NCBI GenBank assembly: GCA_045593065.1
Contig: JAZNVZ010000005.1
Location: forward strand, 37,872-101,871
Reading direction: 5' to 3'
DNA: 64,000 bases
DNA from: Candidatus Enterousia sp.
GTDB taxonomy: Bacteria; Pseudomonadota; Alphaproteobacteria; Rs-D84
The notes under the pieces are model-generated. The model worked only from the letters and a program-made list of their open reading frames with translations, did not search any database and was not told the DNA's origin. Position 1 is the first letter of the stretch. Every line of letters begins with the position of its first letter. This document shows, one piece after another, positions 47,971 through 56,615 of this stretch. The position numbers were made by a program, and so were the translations under genes.

Positions 47971-49503
47971 TTAATCTTCTTTGATATTGTATGCCAATTC
48001 ACGCGCCTTCATAATAACGCGCCCAGCCAATGCACGGGACATTGTGTCTTCGCCCAATATTTCAACCAATTCATCGGTTGCCAAATCAGCCAAATCATTC
48101 AATGTTTTAATGCCATTTTCGCCCAGTTTCATCAATATCGGGCGTTGTACAAACGAAAAGTTTAACAAATCGTCTGTCATGCCCATTGCATGACCAGATT
48201 CGATGTATTCTTGTTCTTGTTTCTTTAAATATTCTTTGGCGCGTTTTTGTAATTCTGTTGCCAATTCTGCATTGAAACTGTCGATAGATTCTAATTCATG
48301 AATATCAACGAATGCGATTTCTTCGATTGTGCGGAATCCTTCGTTAATCAAGATTTGTGCAATCATTTCATCAACATCCAATCCACGGATAAACAATTCT
48401 GTTTTTTCTTTGGTTTCACGGGCGCGGCGTTCTTGTTCTTGTTCTTCACTCATAACATCAATATCCCACCCAGTTAATTGCGAAGCCAAACGAACATTTT
48501 GACCACGGCGACCGATTGCCAAAGATTGTTGATCTGGATTTACCACCACAGCAGCCCTGTGATTATCTTCATCAATAATGATTTTTGCGACCTTGGCAGG
48601 TTGCATTGCGTTCACGATAAACACCGCTGGGTCTTCGGAATACAAAATAACATCAATTTTTTCACCATGACATTCATTAATCACAGGTTGAATACGAGTA
48701 CCTTTGATACCAACTGTCATGCCAACCGCGTCAACAGATGGGTCTGCGGTTTCAACTGCAATTTTTGCATGCGACCCAGGTGCACGCGATACAGATTTAA
48801 TTTTAATGATACCTTCGTAAATTTCTGGCACTTCTTGAACAAATAATTTTTCCATAAACATTGGATGTGTACGAGTCAAGAAAATCTGGGGGCCTGTATT
48901 TGAACGTTCAACATCCATGACCAGCGCACGCACACGATCGCCCACCGCCAGACGTTCCCCAGGAATTAATTCTGTGCTTTTGATATAACCTTCGGCCTTG
49001 CCATTGATATCAACAAACACATTACCGAATTCCAAACGTTTAACAACGCCATTAACGATTGTACCAACTTCGTCCTTGAAATCTTCGTATTGGCGGCCTT
49101 TTTCAGCATCGCGCACACGACCAATCATGATTTGACGCGCGGTTTGAAATGCAACGCGGCCAAATTCTGGTTCTGGCAATGGGTCAGACACGATATCGCC
49201 AACCTGGGGATTTTCGGCATATTTTTTTGCCTGGGCAACCGTTAACATGGTATTTGGGTCATATTCATCGCCCTTGGATTCGGGGGTATCAATCACTTCG
49301 AATAAACGTTGGGTATGAATTGCACCATTTTTACGGTCAATCGATGCAGTAATATTAAATTCTTCGCCATATTTATGCTTTGCAATCTTGGCAATAGCGA
49401 TTTCCAACGATTCAAAAACAATTTCTCTGTCGATGTTTTTTTCTTCGGCCAGAGATTTAATACCTTCTAATAAATCTTGACGAGGCATAGACACGAACGC
49501 CAT
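47971..49503 (-). CDS. nusA: Transcription termination/antitermination factor NusA
   Basis: NTD, S1, 2 KH, and C-terminal HhH repeats. ATG 49503 with AGGAG SD; the 49587 TTG extension is rejected. Confidence 0.96.
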   Translation of the reverse strand: MAFVSMPRQDLLEGIKSLAEEKNIDREIVFESLEIAIAKIAKHKYGEEFNITASIDRKNGAIHTQRLFEVIDTPESKGDEYDPNTMLTVAQAKKYAENPQVGDIVSDPLPEPEFGRVAFQTARQIMIGRVRDAEKGRQYEDFKDEVGTIVNGVVKRLEFGNVFVDINGKAEGYIKSTELIPGERLAVGDRVRALVMDVERSNTGPQIFLTRTHPMFMEKLFVQEVPEIYEGIIKIKSVSRAPGSHAKIAVETADPSVDAVGMTVGIKGTRIQPVINECHGEKIDVILYSEDPAVFIVNAMQPAKVAKIIIDEDNHRAAVVVNPDQQSLAIGRRGQNVRLASQLTGWDIDVMSEEQEQERRARETKEKTELFIRGLDVDEMIAQILINEGFRTIEEIAFVDIHELESIDSFNAELATELQKRAKEYLKKQEQEYIESGHAMGMTDDLLNFSFVQRPILMKLGENGIKTLNDLADLATDELVEILGEDTMSRALAGRVIMKARELAYNIKED

Positions 49504-49535
49504 TTTTTTACTCCTGTTTTTTGTTATTTTATCAA

Positions 49536-49563
49536 AAGGGCGGGGTTTTTTAACCCCGCCCTT
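49536..49563 (-). promoter_or_regulatory. Terminator-like hairpin in the nusA 5' leader (possible attenuator)
   Basis: Perfect 12-bp stem AAGGGCGGGGTT/AACCCCGCCCTT, 4-nt loop. On the minus strand it is followed by TTTTGAT and sits about 33 nt upstream of the nusA ATG. Confidence 0.5.
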
Positions 49564-49591
49564 AAAAAAACTATTTTTTAAGAACAAGTAT

Positions 49592-49619
49592 ATTATGACA
49601 CCAAAAATCGTAATTGCAA
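49592..49619 (-). promoter_or_regulatory. Candidate sigma70 promoter for nusA
   Basis: Minus strand: TTGCAA (49619-49614), 16 nt spacer, CATAAT (49597-49592). Confidence 0.4.
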
Positions 49620-49648
49620 GAAAATAATTATAAACTTGCTAAATATAT

Positions 49649-49677
49649 TTGACGGGTTTGGTTTTGGGATTTATACT
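49649..49677 (+). promoter_or_regulatory. Candidate promoter for lptG
   Basis: TTGACG (49649-49654), 17 nt spacer, TATACT (49672-49677); only 8 nt before the ATG. Confidence 0.4.
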
Positions 49678-49685
49678 GTAAACCG

Positions 49686-50747
49686 ATGAACATTATAAAC
49701 AGATATTTTTCAAAGCAGTTGATTGTTATATTCATTACACTGTTGCTGATTTTAACGGGGTTGGCATGGACAATGCAAATCATGTCCATGATGAAATTCC
49801 TGTTGAATTACGGTGTTAATTTTGGCAGTTTTATCGGCCTGACGGCTTTGTTGATACCATTTATTATATCTATTGTTATTCCGTTTGTTACATTTATTGC
49901 AATTATATTTGTATACAATAAAACTATTTCTGATAATGAAATGACCGTTATGATGGCATCTACTCTGTCGCCATGGCAATTATCAATACCCGCCATTCGG
50001 TTTGCAGGAATATTAACTGTGTTAAATTTGGTCTTGAATTTGTGGATTGTACCAATCAGTCAAAACCGTTTTTATGACACACAATGGAATTTACGATATG
50101 GATTGGCGCATTTGAAATTACAAGAATCTGCATTTACTGGGTTATCTAATGGGTTGGTTGTTTATGTAGACAAGGTGTCTGGTCATGATTTGTCCCAGGT
50201 TATGTTGTCCGATACACGCAATCCAAACACAGAAATGGTTATTTTTGCCGAATTAGGCAAATTGGTAACAACCCCCCGCGGATTGTCTATTGTTATGGAA
50301 AACGGTTCATTATTATCCCAAGGAAAAAGTGTCGTTACTGGAACATTTGATACTTTTGATATGGATTTGAATGTCGCAACGAAAGAAAATTCAACATCTT
50401 TTCGCGTTCGCAGAATTTCATCGCGTGATTTATTAAAATATGCAAATGATCCAGAAACATTGCCAAAACACGAAAAGATGATTATGAATGAACTGAGCAG
50501 TCGTGTTTTAATGCCATTTATGAATTTAATCCTGGCGATTGTTTGTACGACAATTTTATTAAAAACATCTCTGTTGCGCCGCCGCGCCAGTTTCGCGCCC
50601 GCGATGGCTGTTTTGGCGATGGCCGTGTTGATGACTTTGTATATGACATCGACAAATTTATTGGACACATGGCGCGATTTTTATTTGTTGGCAACTGTGA
50701 TGTTGGTTGTATTATTGGGTTTGATTATGGTATTGCGTAAAAAATGA
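49686..50747 (+). CDS. lptG: LPS export ABC permease (LptF/LptG family)
   Basis: MNIINRYFSKQL.. YjgP/YjgQ N-terminus, 6 TM with a periplasmic beta-jellyroll insert. Called lptG only because it sits next to lptD; it could be lptF. Confidence 0.8.
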   Translation: MNIINRYFSKQLIVIFITLLLILTGLAWTMQIMSMMKFLLNYGVNFGSFIGLTALLIPFIISIVIPFVTFIAIIFVYNKTISDNEMTVMMASTLSPWQLSIPAIRFAGILTVLNLVLNLWIVPISQNRFYDTQWNLRYGLAHLKLQESAFTGLSNGLVVYVDKVSGHDLSQVMLSDTRNPNTEMVIFAELGKLVTTPRGLSIVMENGSLLSQGKSVVTGTFDTFDMDLNVATKENSTSFRVRRISSRDLLKYANDPETLPKHEKMIMNELSSRVLMPFMNLILAIVCTTILLKTSLLRRRASFAPAMAVLAMAVLMTLYMTSTNLLDTWRDFYLLATVMLVVLLGLIMVLRKK

Positions 50748-52756
50748 AAAGATTAAAATCGACCGTTTCTATATTTGCTATGCTGTACTGCGCAAATCTG
50801 TATGCGTTGCCAACATCTGTTGGTATTGACGAGGCAAAAACTATTACCGCAGATAAAATAGAATATAATGCCAAAACAGGAAAAATTGAAACGCATGGCA
50901 ACACAACAATCGTAAATGAATCTGGTCAAACATTAAAATTAACTGATTCCAGTTTTTCTAATAATGGGGCAAATGTAAACGGTCAAAATGTTGAACTGTG
51001 GTTGGGAAACCATGTTTATTTAGGCGCAAAAAAAATTTCGCGCGATGGCGATATTACAATCGCTGACGATGCAATATTTACTGCGTGTGATGGGTGCGAT
51101 TCGTTTGGCAACGCATGGGAAATTTCTGCAAACGAAATCAAACATGACCAAGATGCGCGTGATTTATATTTTTACAGTCCAATACTGTGGATGTACGATT
51201 TTCCTGTGTTTTGGTTTCCTTATTATTCTATGCCAGACCCCAGTGTTAAATATCGCAGTGGATTGCTAATACCTGATTTCAAATCAACAAATGATATGGG
51301 GACCCAAATCAGTTTGCCTTTATACATATCGATATCACAATATCACGATGCAACCATCACAATGTCTTATTTAACCAAAGAAAATCCGTTGGTTAAATTG
51401 GAACATCGGTTAAATGCAGAACATTCCGCATTTAGAACCACAGGTTCGTTTACGCACACCAAAGAAGGCAAAAACCGTTGGCACATATTTAACGATGATG
51501 TTATTGAATTGGGCGAATATGCACGCGCCAGTATCGCATTAGAACGCGTGTCTGATAAAACATATTTGCAAAAATATGGATTTTACGAAACCCAACCATA
51601 TTTGGATTCTGGGGTACAATTAGAATTATTTGGTCAATCTGGATACATTGTTGCAGACACACATACTTTCCAAGAATTGCGTGAAACGGGCCGAACCGAG
51701 GCAGCTGTGAACGGCGACATTTTACCAAACATACGCGGCACATATCAAACCGCACCAATATATCGCGAAACTTATCTGTTATTTAACGGCGATATTCTGG
51801 GCATTAATGGCAACGATAACGCTGCTATGCAACGCATTATTGGGGATGCGCGCATAATATCACCATGGACATTATGGGGCGGAAATAGAATAACACTCAG
51901 CATGGATGCGCGTTATGATGTATACGGATTCCAAGATTATGAATTGGTTGACAACCCCGATTATACCGGTGTAAAAAACAGATTTTTACCCAGTGGTTAT
52001 GTTGAATGGGGATTGCCGTTATTTCGGCCTGGAACCCGTTGGACACAAATAATCGAACCACGCGCCAGGTTAACTGTTATGCACCAATCAAAACATGACG
52101 AACTGTTTGCGACAAACAACGATTCTGCGGGCGCATTATTGTCTGATGTTACATTATTTTCTGCTAACCGTTTTCCTGGGTATGATTTATGGGAAAACGG
52201 AACATTTGCAGATTATGGCGCGCGTTGGGCAACATACAGCGATGACGGACAATCCGCAGAAATATTTTTTGGTCAAAGTTATGATTTAACCGAACGCGAT
52301 GAAACAGACCCTAATAGCGGATTCCACAAAGGATTGTCTGATTATGTCGGGCGGGTTGGATTAAATAACGGCAGTTGGTTGAATTTAACATCGCGTTTCA
52401 GGTTGGACAGACACGCATTGGCATTGCGTCATATTGAAACAGACGCTTTTTTGGGAACTGGAATAAATTATGTATATGTCGGGCATATTTGGTCAGAACA
52501 ACTGGATGAATTGTTTTTAGGCGATGATGTAAATGAAATTTCCAGTGGTTTGCGTATCCAATTAACAGACCGCTTGTCGTTGAACTTTAATGCAATTTAT
52601 AATTATACATATACCAGATTCCAAAGTCATTCTGGAGGGGTGTATTATAAACATCCTTGCTATTTCGTGTCAGTTGGTTATCATACAGATAATGCTGTGC
52701 GCGAAGGGTATACAGGACACACATCATTCCAATTTCGATTTGGACTGGATTATTAA
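50744..52756 (+). CDS. lptD: LPS-assembly outer-membrane protein LptD
   Basis: Signal, OstA-like N-domain (ITADKIEYNAKTGKIETHGN), large beta-barrel ending in an aromatic residue (LDY). Confidence 0.88.
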   Translation: MKRLKSTVSIFAMLYCANLYALPTSVGIDEAKTITADKIEYNAKTGKIETHGNTTIVNESGQTLKLTDSSFSNNGANVNGQNVELWLGNHVYLGAKKISRDGDITIADDAIFTACDGCDSFGNAWEISANEIKHDQDARDLYFYSPILWMYDFPVFWFPYYSMPDPSVKYRSGLLIPDFKSTNDMGTQISLPLYISISQYHDATITMSYLTKENPLVKLEHRLNAEHSAFRTTGSFTHTKEGKNRWHIFNDDVIELGEYARASIALERVSDKTYLQKYGFYETQPYLDSGVQLELFGQSGYIVADTHTFQELRETGRTEAAVNGDILPNIRGTYQTAPIYRETYLLFNGDILGINGNDNAAMQRIIGDARIISPWTLWGGNRITLSMDARYDVYGFQDYELVDNPDYTGVKNRFLPSGYVEWGLPLFRPGTRWTQIIEPRARLTVMHQSKHDELFATNNDSAGALLSDVTLFSANRFPGYDLWENGTFADYGARWATYSDDGQSAEIFFGQSYDLTERDETDPNSGFHKGLSDYVGRVGLNNGSWLNLTSRFRLDRHALALRHIETDAFLGTGINYVYVGHIWSEQLDELFLGDDVNEISSGLRIQLTDRLSLNFNAIYNYTYTRFQSHSGGVYYKHPCYFVSVGYHTDNAVREGYTGHTSFQFRFGLDY

Positions 52757-52773
52757 ATAAAGAGGGTATGTTG

Positions 52774-53592
52774 ATGAAAAAATTGTTATTTACACTGATT
52801 GCTATGTTGTGCATGCCGGCGTACGCAACAACTGTGGTTGCAACAGTAAACGGAAAAACCATAACAGATGCAGACATTACAGCACGCACAAAATTAATGG
52901 CATACCAAGGACACACATCCACAGACAATCGGCGCGTGGCATTACAAAATATTATTGATGACAATGTTAAATTAAACTATGCAATGAATTTTGGAATAAA
53001 ACCCGCAGACAAAGATGTCGACAACGAAATCAAACATATGGGGTTACCTGCATTGTCTGCAAACGAAATGAATGTGGCACGCGATGCTGTGCGGGCGAAT
53101 ATCGCATGGCAAATAATTGTTGCCAGAACGGTTTTACCAATGGTTGAAATCAGCGATGCCGATATTGCTGCAGAAAAAAATGAATTGGCGCGCACACGCG
53201 GATTGCCGGTGGAAATGACCATTGTGCGATTGGTTGATATTCCTGAATCTGTGGCAACACAATTAACAAAACCCACCAGTTGCGATGACGCGATGCGTAT
53301 GGCAGAAAACATGGGTGGCGCACCACAAAAATTTACCGCGCAACATTATGAATTATCGCCTGAAATTCGTGATGTGATAACAGGATTACCAAACCTGACA
53401 TGGTCAAAATCGGTTAATTCATCTGTGTATTTGGTATGCAGCACAAAAAATTCCAAAGAATACGGACAACTGGATAAATTTATTAAACAAAATGCAGAAT
53501 ATAAACAGGCGATGTTTATGGCTGACCAACAATTAAAACAACTGCGCCGCCGCGCAATGGTTGTTATCAAGGACCCACGATACAAATTATGA
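52774..53592 (+). CDS. surA: SurA-like periplasmic chaperone (short, degenerate parvulin region)
   Basis: Signal MKKLLFTLIAMLCMPAYA; SurA N-domain-like VVATVNGKTITDADI; conserved position after lptD. Confidence 0.6.
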   Translation: MKKLLFTLIAMLCMPAYATTVVATVNGKTITDADITARTKLMAYQGHTSTDNRRVALQNIIDDNVKLNYAMNFGIKPADKDVDNEIKHMGLPALSANEMNVARDAVRANIAWQIIVARTVLPMVEISDADIAAEKNELARTRGLPVEMTIVRLVDIPESVATQLTKPTSCDDAMRMAENMGGAPQKFTAQHYELSPEIRDVITGLPNLTWSKSVNSSVYLVCSTKNSKEYGQLDKFIKQNAEYKQAMFMADQQLKQLRRRAMVVIKDPRYKL

Positions 53593-54680
53593 AAACTGTT
53601 TTATTTTCTTTAACAGATGCTGAATTGCAAAAATTCGTGATGGATTTAGGCGAGGCCAAATTTCGCGCTGCACAAATTCGCGATTGGTTATCACGTGGTG
53701 CGCCAGATTTTGAACATATGAAAAATTTGCCAGTTGCATTGCGCACAAAATTGGCGGATGTGGCACAAACTTTGCCCGTTAAAATTGTAAAAAAATTGCA
53801 ATCGGCGGATGGGGAAACAACTAAATTTTTATTAGAGTTAAATGATTGTGAACAAATCGAGTGTGTTTTAATGCGCACAACATACGGCAATTCTGTATGT
53901 GTCAGTTCCCAGGCCGGATGCGCCATGGGGTGCAAATTCTGCGCCAGCACTTTGCTGGGGTTAAAACGCAATTTAACAGTGGATGAAATTTATTCTCAAA
54001 TCCTGGTTGCACAATGGGAATTGCGCAATGGCGATATTAAAATTCGCGCAAATGGCGACCCAAACAATAACGATGTTTCGCATATCGTTGTTATGGGTAC
54101 GGGCGAACCATTGCAAAACACAGAAAATGTTATCGGCTTTATCGAACGCGCAAATCATGACATGAATATAGGTTGGCGCAGAATTACCGTATCAACTTGC
54201 GGGATTGTGCCGGGAATTTATGATTTGATAAAATGGGGCAGGCCGATAAATTTGGCGATTTCACTGCATGCACCGGTGGACGAATTACGCAGTAAAATTA
54301 TGCCGATTAACAACAAATACAAAATTGCCGATGTTTTGGCAGCCGCAGACGAATTTACAAAACTGCACAATCGCCAGTTAATGATTGAATATATTTTGTT
54401 GGGCAAACGGGGTGAAAATGGTGAAACAATTTTGTATGATTGCACACCTGAATATGCCGAGCAATTATCTAAATTATTGGCTGGTAAAAACGCAATGGTG
54501 AATTTAATTCCATGGAATGCTGTGGACGAACGGGATTTTGCATCACCATCAGGTAATGCCGTCCATCGTTTCCAAGATATTTTAATTAAAAACGGAATTC
54601 ATTGTCGCATTAGGCGAGAGAGAGGAACCGATATTGGTTCTGCATGTGGGCAACTGCGATTAAATAACAAAAAGGATTAA
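53589..54680 (+). CDS. rlmN: 23S rRNA/tRNA (adenine-C2)-methyltransferase RlmN
   Basis: FRAAQIRDWL N-domain, radical-SAM SQAGCAMGCKFCAS, C-terminal GSACGQL. Confidence 0.95.
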   Translation: MKTVLFSLTDAELQKFVMDLGEAKFRAAQIRDWLSRGAPDFEHMKNLPVALRTKLADVAQTLPVKIVKKLQSADGETTKFLLELNDCEQIECVLMRTTYGNSVCVSSQAGCAMGCKFCASTLLGLKRNLTVDEIYSQILVAQWELRNGDIKIRANGDPNNNDVSHIVVMGTGEPLQNTENVIGFIERANHDMNIGWRRITVSTCGIVPGIYDLIKWGRPINLAISLHAPVDELRSKIMPINNKYKIADVLAAADEFTKLHNRQLMIEYILLGKRGENGETILYDCTPEYAEQLSKLLAGKNAMVNLIPWNAVDERDFASPSGNAVHRFQDILIKNGIHCRIRRERGTDIGSACGQLRLNNKKD

Positions 54681-54683
54681 TAG

Positions 54684-55433
54684 ATGAATATAAAATATAT
54701 CACATGTAGTGACCCGCGCAACCATAATTCGCATGACGAAATGTTTGATTTATGGCGTATGGACCCACGCGTTGAAATCGCCGTTCAAATGCACCCTGGC
54801 AAAGTTTCAGCCGACACAGAAAGATATAAATGGATTAAACAACTGGTTGATAAAATATATTCTATGCCTGTATGGGCAAAACCTAATTTGGCAATTCATG
54901 TGAATAATGATTGGTGTGATGAAATTTGTAATGGAAAAATTCCAGATGAATTAAAGCCTTTATTTCGCGCACGGTATAAATCCACTTTTAAACATATTAT
55001 TGGTCGTATTCAATTAAATATGCCACAAAAGACCGCCGATAATTTTAATCCACAAAAATTAAAACCTGTTATTGACTTTTATGACAAACAAGATTTTATT
55101 ATCCAATATAATGCACGCACAAAAGATGCGGTTGATGAATTGCATAAAACTGGCGCAAAATTCCAATTATTATTTGATGCATCGGGCGGCCGTGGAATTG
55201 ATGTGACGACATGGTGCGCACCTGTATTTCCAGGCAAACATATGCAAGGGTATTCCGGCGGTCTGTCACAAGAAAATGTTGCGGAAAATTTGAATAAAAT
55301 TGCAATGGTTGCCGGCAATCATTCAATCTGGACCGATGCCGAGGGAAAATTAAAAACAGATGATAAATTTGATTCTGCGCGTGCCGCGGCATACATCAAA
55401 AATGTTTTAAGTTGGGAACAAAAACACAGATAA
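54684..55433 (+). CDS. Hypothetical protein with TrpF(PRAI)-like C-terminal TIM-barrel motifs
   Basis: LLFDASGGRGIDVTTW .. GYSGGLSQENV .. IWTDAEGKL..DDKFDSARAAAYI resembles the phosphate-binding half of phosphoribosylanthranilate isomerase. The N-terminal half is atypical. Confidence 0.45.
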   Translation: MNIKYITCSDPRNHNSHDEMFDLWRMDPRVEIAVQMHPGKVSADTERYKWIKQLVDKIYSMPVWAKPNLAIHVNNDWCDEICNGKIPDELKPLFRARYKSTFKHIIGRIQLNMPQKTADNFNPQKLKPVIDFYDKQDFIIQYNARTKDAVDELHKTGAKFQLLFDASGGRGIDVTTWCAPVFPGKHMQGYSGGLSQENVAENLNKIAMVAGNHSIWTDAEGKLKTDDKFDSARAAAYIKNVLSWEQKHR

Positions 55434-55493
55434 AAATATCTTGTGTAAAAAATTGTGTGTGATTAGAATAAAAGAAGGAAAGGAGAAAGAATT

Positions 55494-56210
55494 ATGAAAA
55501 AAATATCACTGTGGTATGTTGGTATAATTGCGATTGGTTTGCTGTTTGTGGGATTTTTCCCAGGATATTATTATTACAAATCAAAATTTAATTATAATGC
55601 CGTAACGGTCAAAGGTCTGGCAGAACAAGATGTCGAGGCCGATTTGGCAATATGGGAAATTAAATTTGTCGCAACCGGCAATGATATGGTTAAAACTAAA
55701 ACCAATTTGGAAAAACAGACCGAGGCCATTTTAACATTCCTGCACGACAATAATTTTAGCGATAATGAAATCGAAATGGGCGGAACAGACACAAACGATT
55801 TGATGGCAAATCCATATCGTGGAAACGAAGCAATCACATCTCGGTTTATTTTGACCCGCACAATTACAGTACGTTCTAACCAGGTCAATAATGTTGCCGA
55901 CACATACACACGCGCCGGCGATTTGATAAATTCTGGGGTCGTGTTTGAAAACCAATATGGTTCGCCTGTGTCTTATATATTTACAAAACTAAATGATATA
56001 AAACCGCAAATGTTGGAAATGGCAACCAAGAATGCACACACATCTGCATTGGAATTTGCAAAATCCAGCAATTCACGCGTTGGAAAAATCCACAGCGCAA
56101 ACCAAGGCGTATTTTCAATTTTGCCACGCGATAATGCAAATGCCACCGAATCACAACAAATAAACAAAAAAGTTCGGGTTGTCGCAACAATCGAATATTT
56201 CTTGGAATAA
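55494..56210 (+). CDS. SIMPL (DUF541)-domain periplasmic/membrane-anchored protein
   Basis: N-terminal TM, then a YggE/SIMPL-like pattern (AVTVKGLAEQDVEADLAIWEI.., ..ALEFAKSSNSRVGKIHSANQG). Confidence 0.65.
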   Translation: MKKISLWYVGIIAIGLLFVGFFPGYYYYKSKFNYNAVTVKGLAEQDVEADLAIWEIKFVATGNDMVKTKTNLEKQTEAILTFLHDNNFSDNEIEMGGTDTNDLMANPYRGNEAITSRFILTRTITVRSNQVNNVADTYTRAGDLINSGVVFENQYGSPVSYIFTKLNDIKPQMLEMATKNAHTSALEFAKSSNSRVGKIHSANQGVFSILPRDNANATESQQINKKVRVVATIEYFLE

Positions 56211-56222
56211 TTCAAAAAACAT

Positions 56223-56252
56223 AAAAATTGCCGGCAAATGCCGGCCTTTTTT
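56223..56252 (+). terminator. Intrinsic terminator
   Basis: AAAAATT-GCCGGC-AAAT-GCCGGC-CTTTTTT. Confidence 0.8.
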
Positions 56253-56314
56253 ATGCGATAACAAAAATAACTAGACATTGAAAAAAAATTCTCTATAATC
56301 AGTGTACCTTTGTT

Positions 56315-56391
56315 GGACGTTTAGCTCAGTTGGCTAGAGCATCTGCTTTACACGCAGAGGGTCAGGGGTTCGAGTCCCTTAACGTCCACCA
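56315..56391 (+). tRNA. tRNA-Val (TAC)
   Basis: Acceptor GGACGTT/AACGTCC, anticodon stem TCTGC/GCAGA, loop TTTACAC, T-loop TTCGAGT, encoded CCA. TATAAT at 56294-56299. Confidence 0.93.
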
Positions 56392-56410
56392 TCGTTTGGT
56401 TGTTTGTAAT

Positions 56411-56438
56411 TGCCCGCCCCGTGCGGGCAGTTTTTTTT
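56411..56438 (+). terminator. Intrinsic terminator after tRNA-Val(TAC)
   Basis: TGCCCGC-CCCGT-GCGGGCA-G-TTTTTTTT. Confidence 0.8.
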
Positions 56439-56479
56439 ATTTGCAATCAGGATTTTTACTGTTATAATGCTTTGGCTTT

Positions 56480-56556
56480 GGGTGGTTAGCTCAGTTGGCT
56501 AGAGCGTCACGTTGACATCGTGGAGGTCGTTGGTTCGAGCCCAATACCACCCACCA
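56480..56556 (+). tRNA. tRNA-Val (GAC)
   Basis: Acceptor GGGTGGT/ACCACCC, anticodon loop TTGACAT, T-loop TTCGAGC, encoded CCA. TGtTATAAT at 56460-56468. Confidence 0.93.
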
Positions 56557-56565
56557 CTATTTCAA

Positions 56566-56596
56566 AGGACGGCCAAAGTATTGGCCGTCTTTTTTT
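56566..56596 (+). terminator. Intrinsic terminator after tRNA-Val(GAC)
   Basis: 11-bp stem AGGACGGCCAA/TTGGCCGTCTT, loop AGTA, T-run. Confidence 0.8.
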
Positions 56597-56615
56597 ATAA
56601 ACCAAAGGGTTCAAC

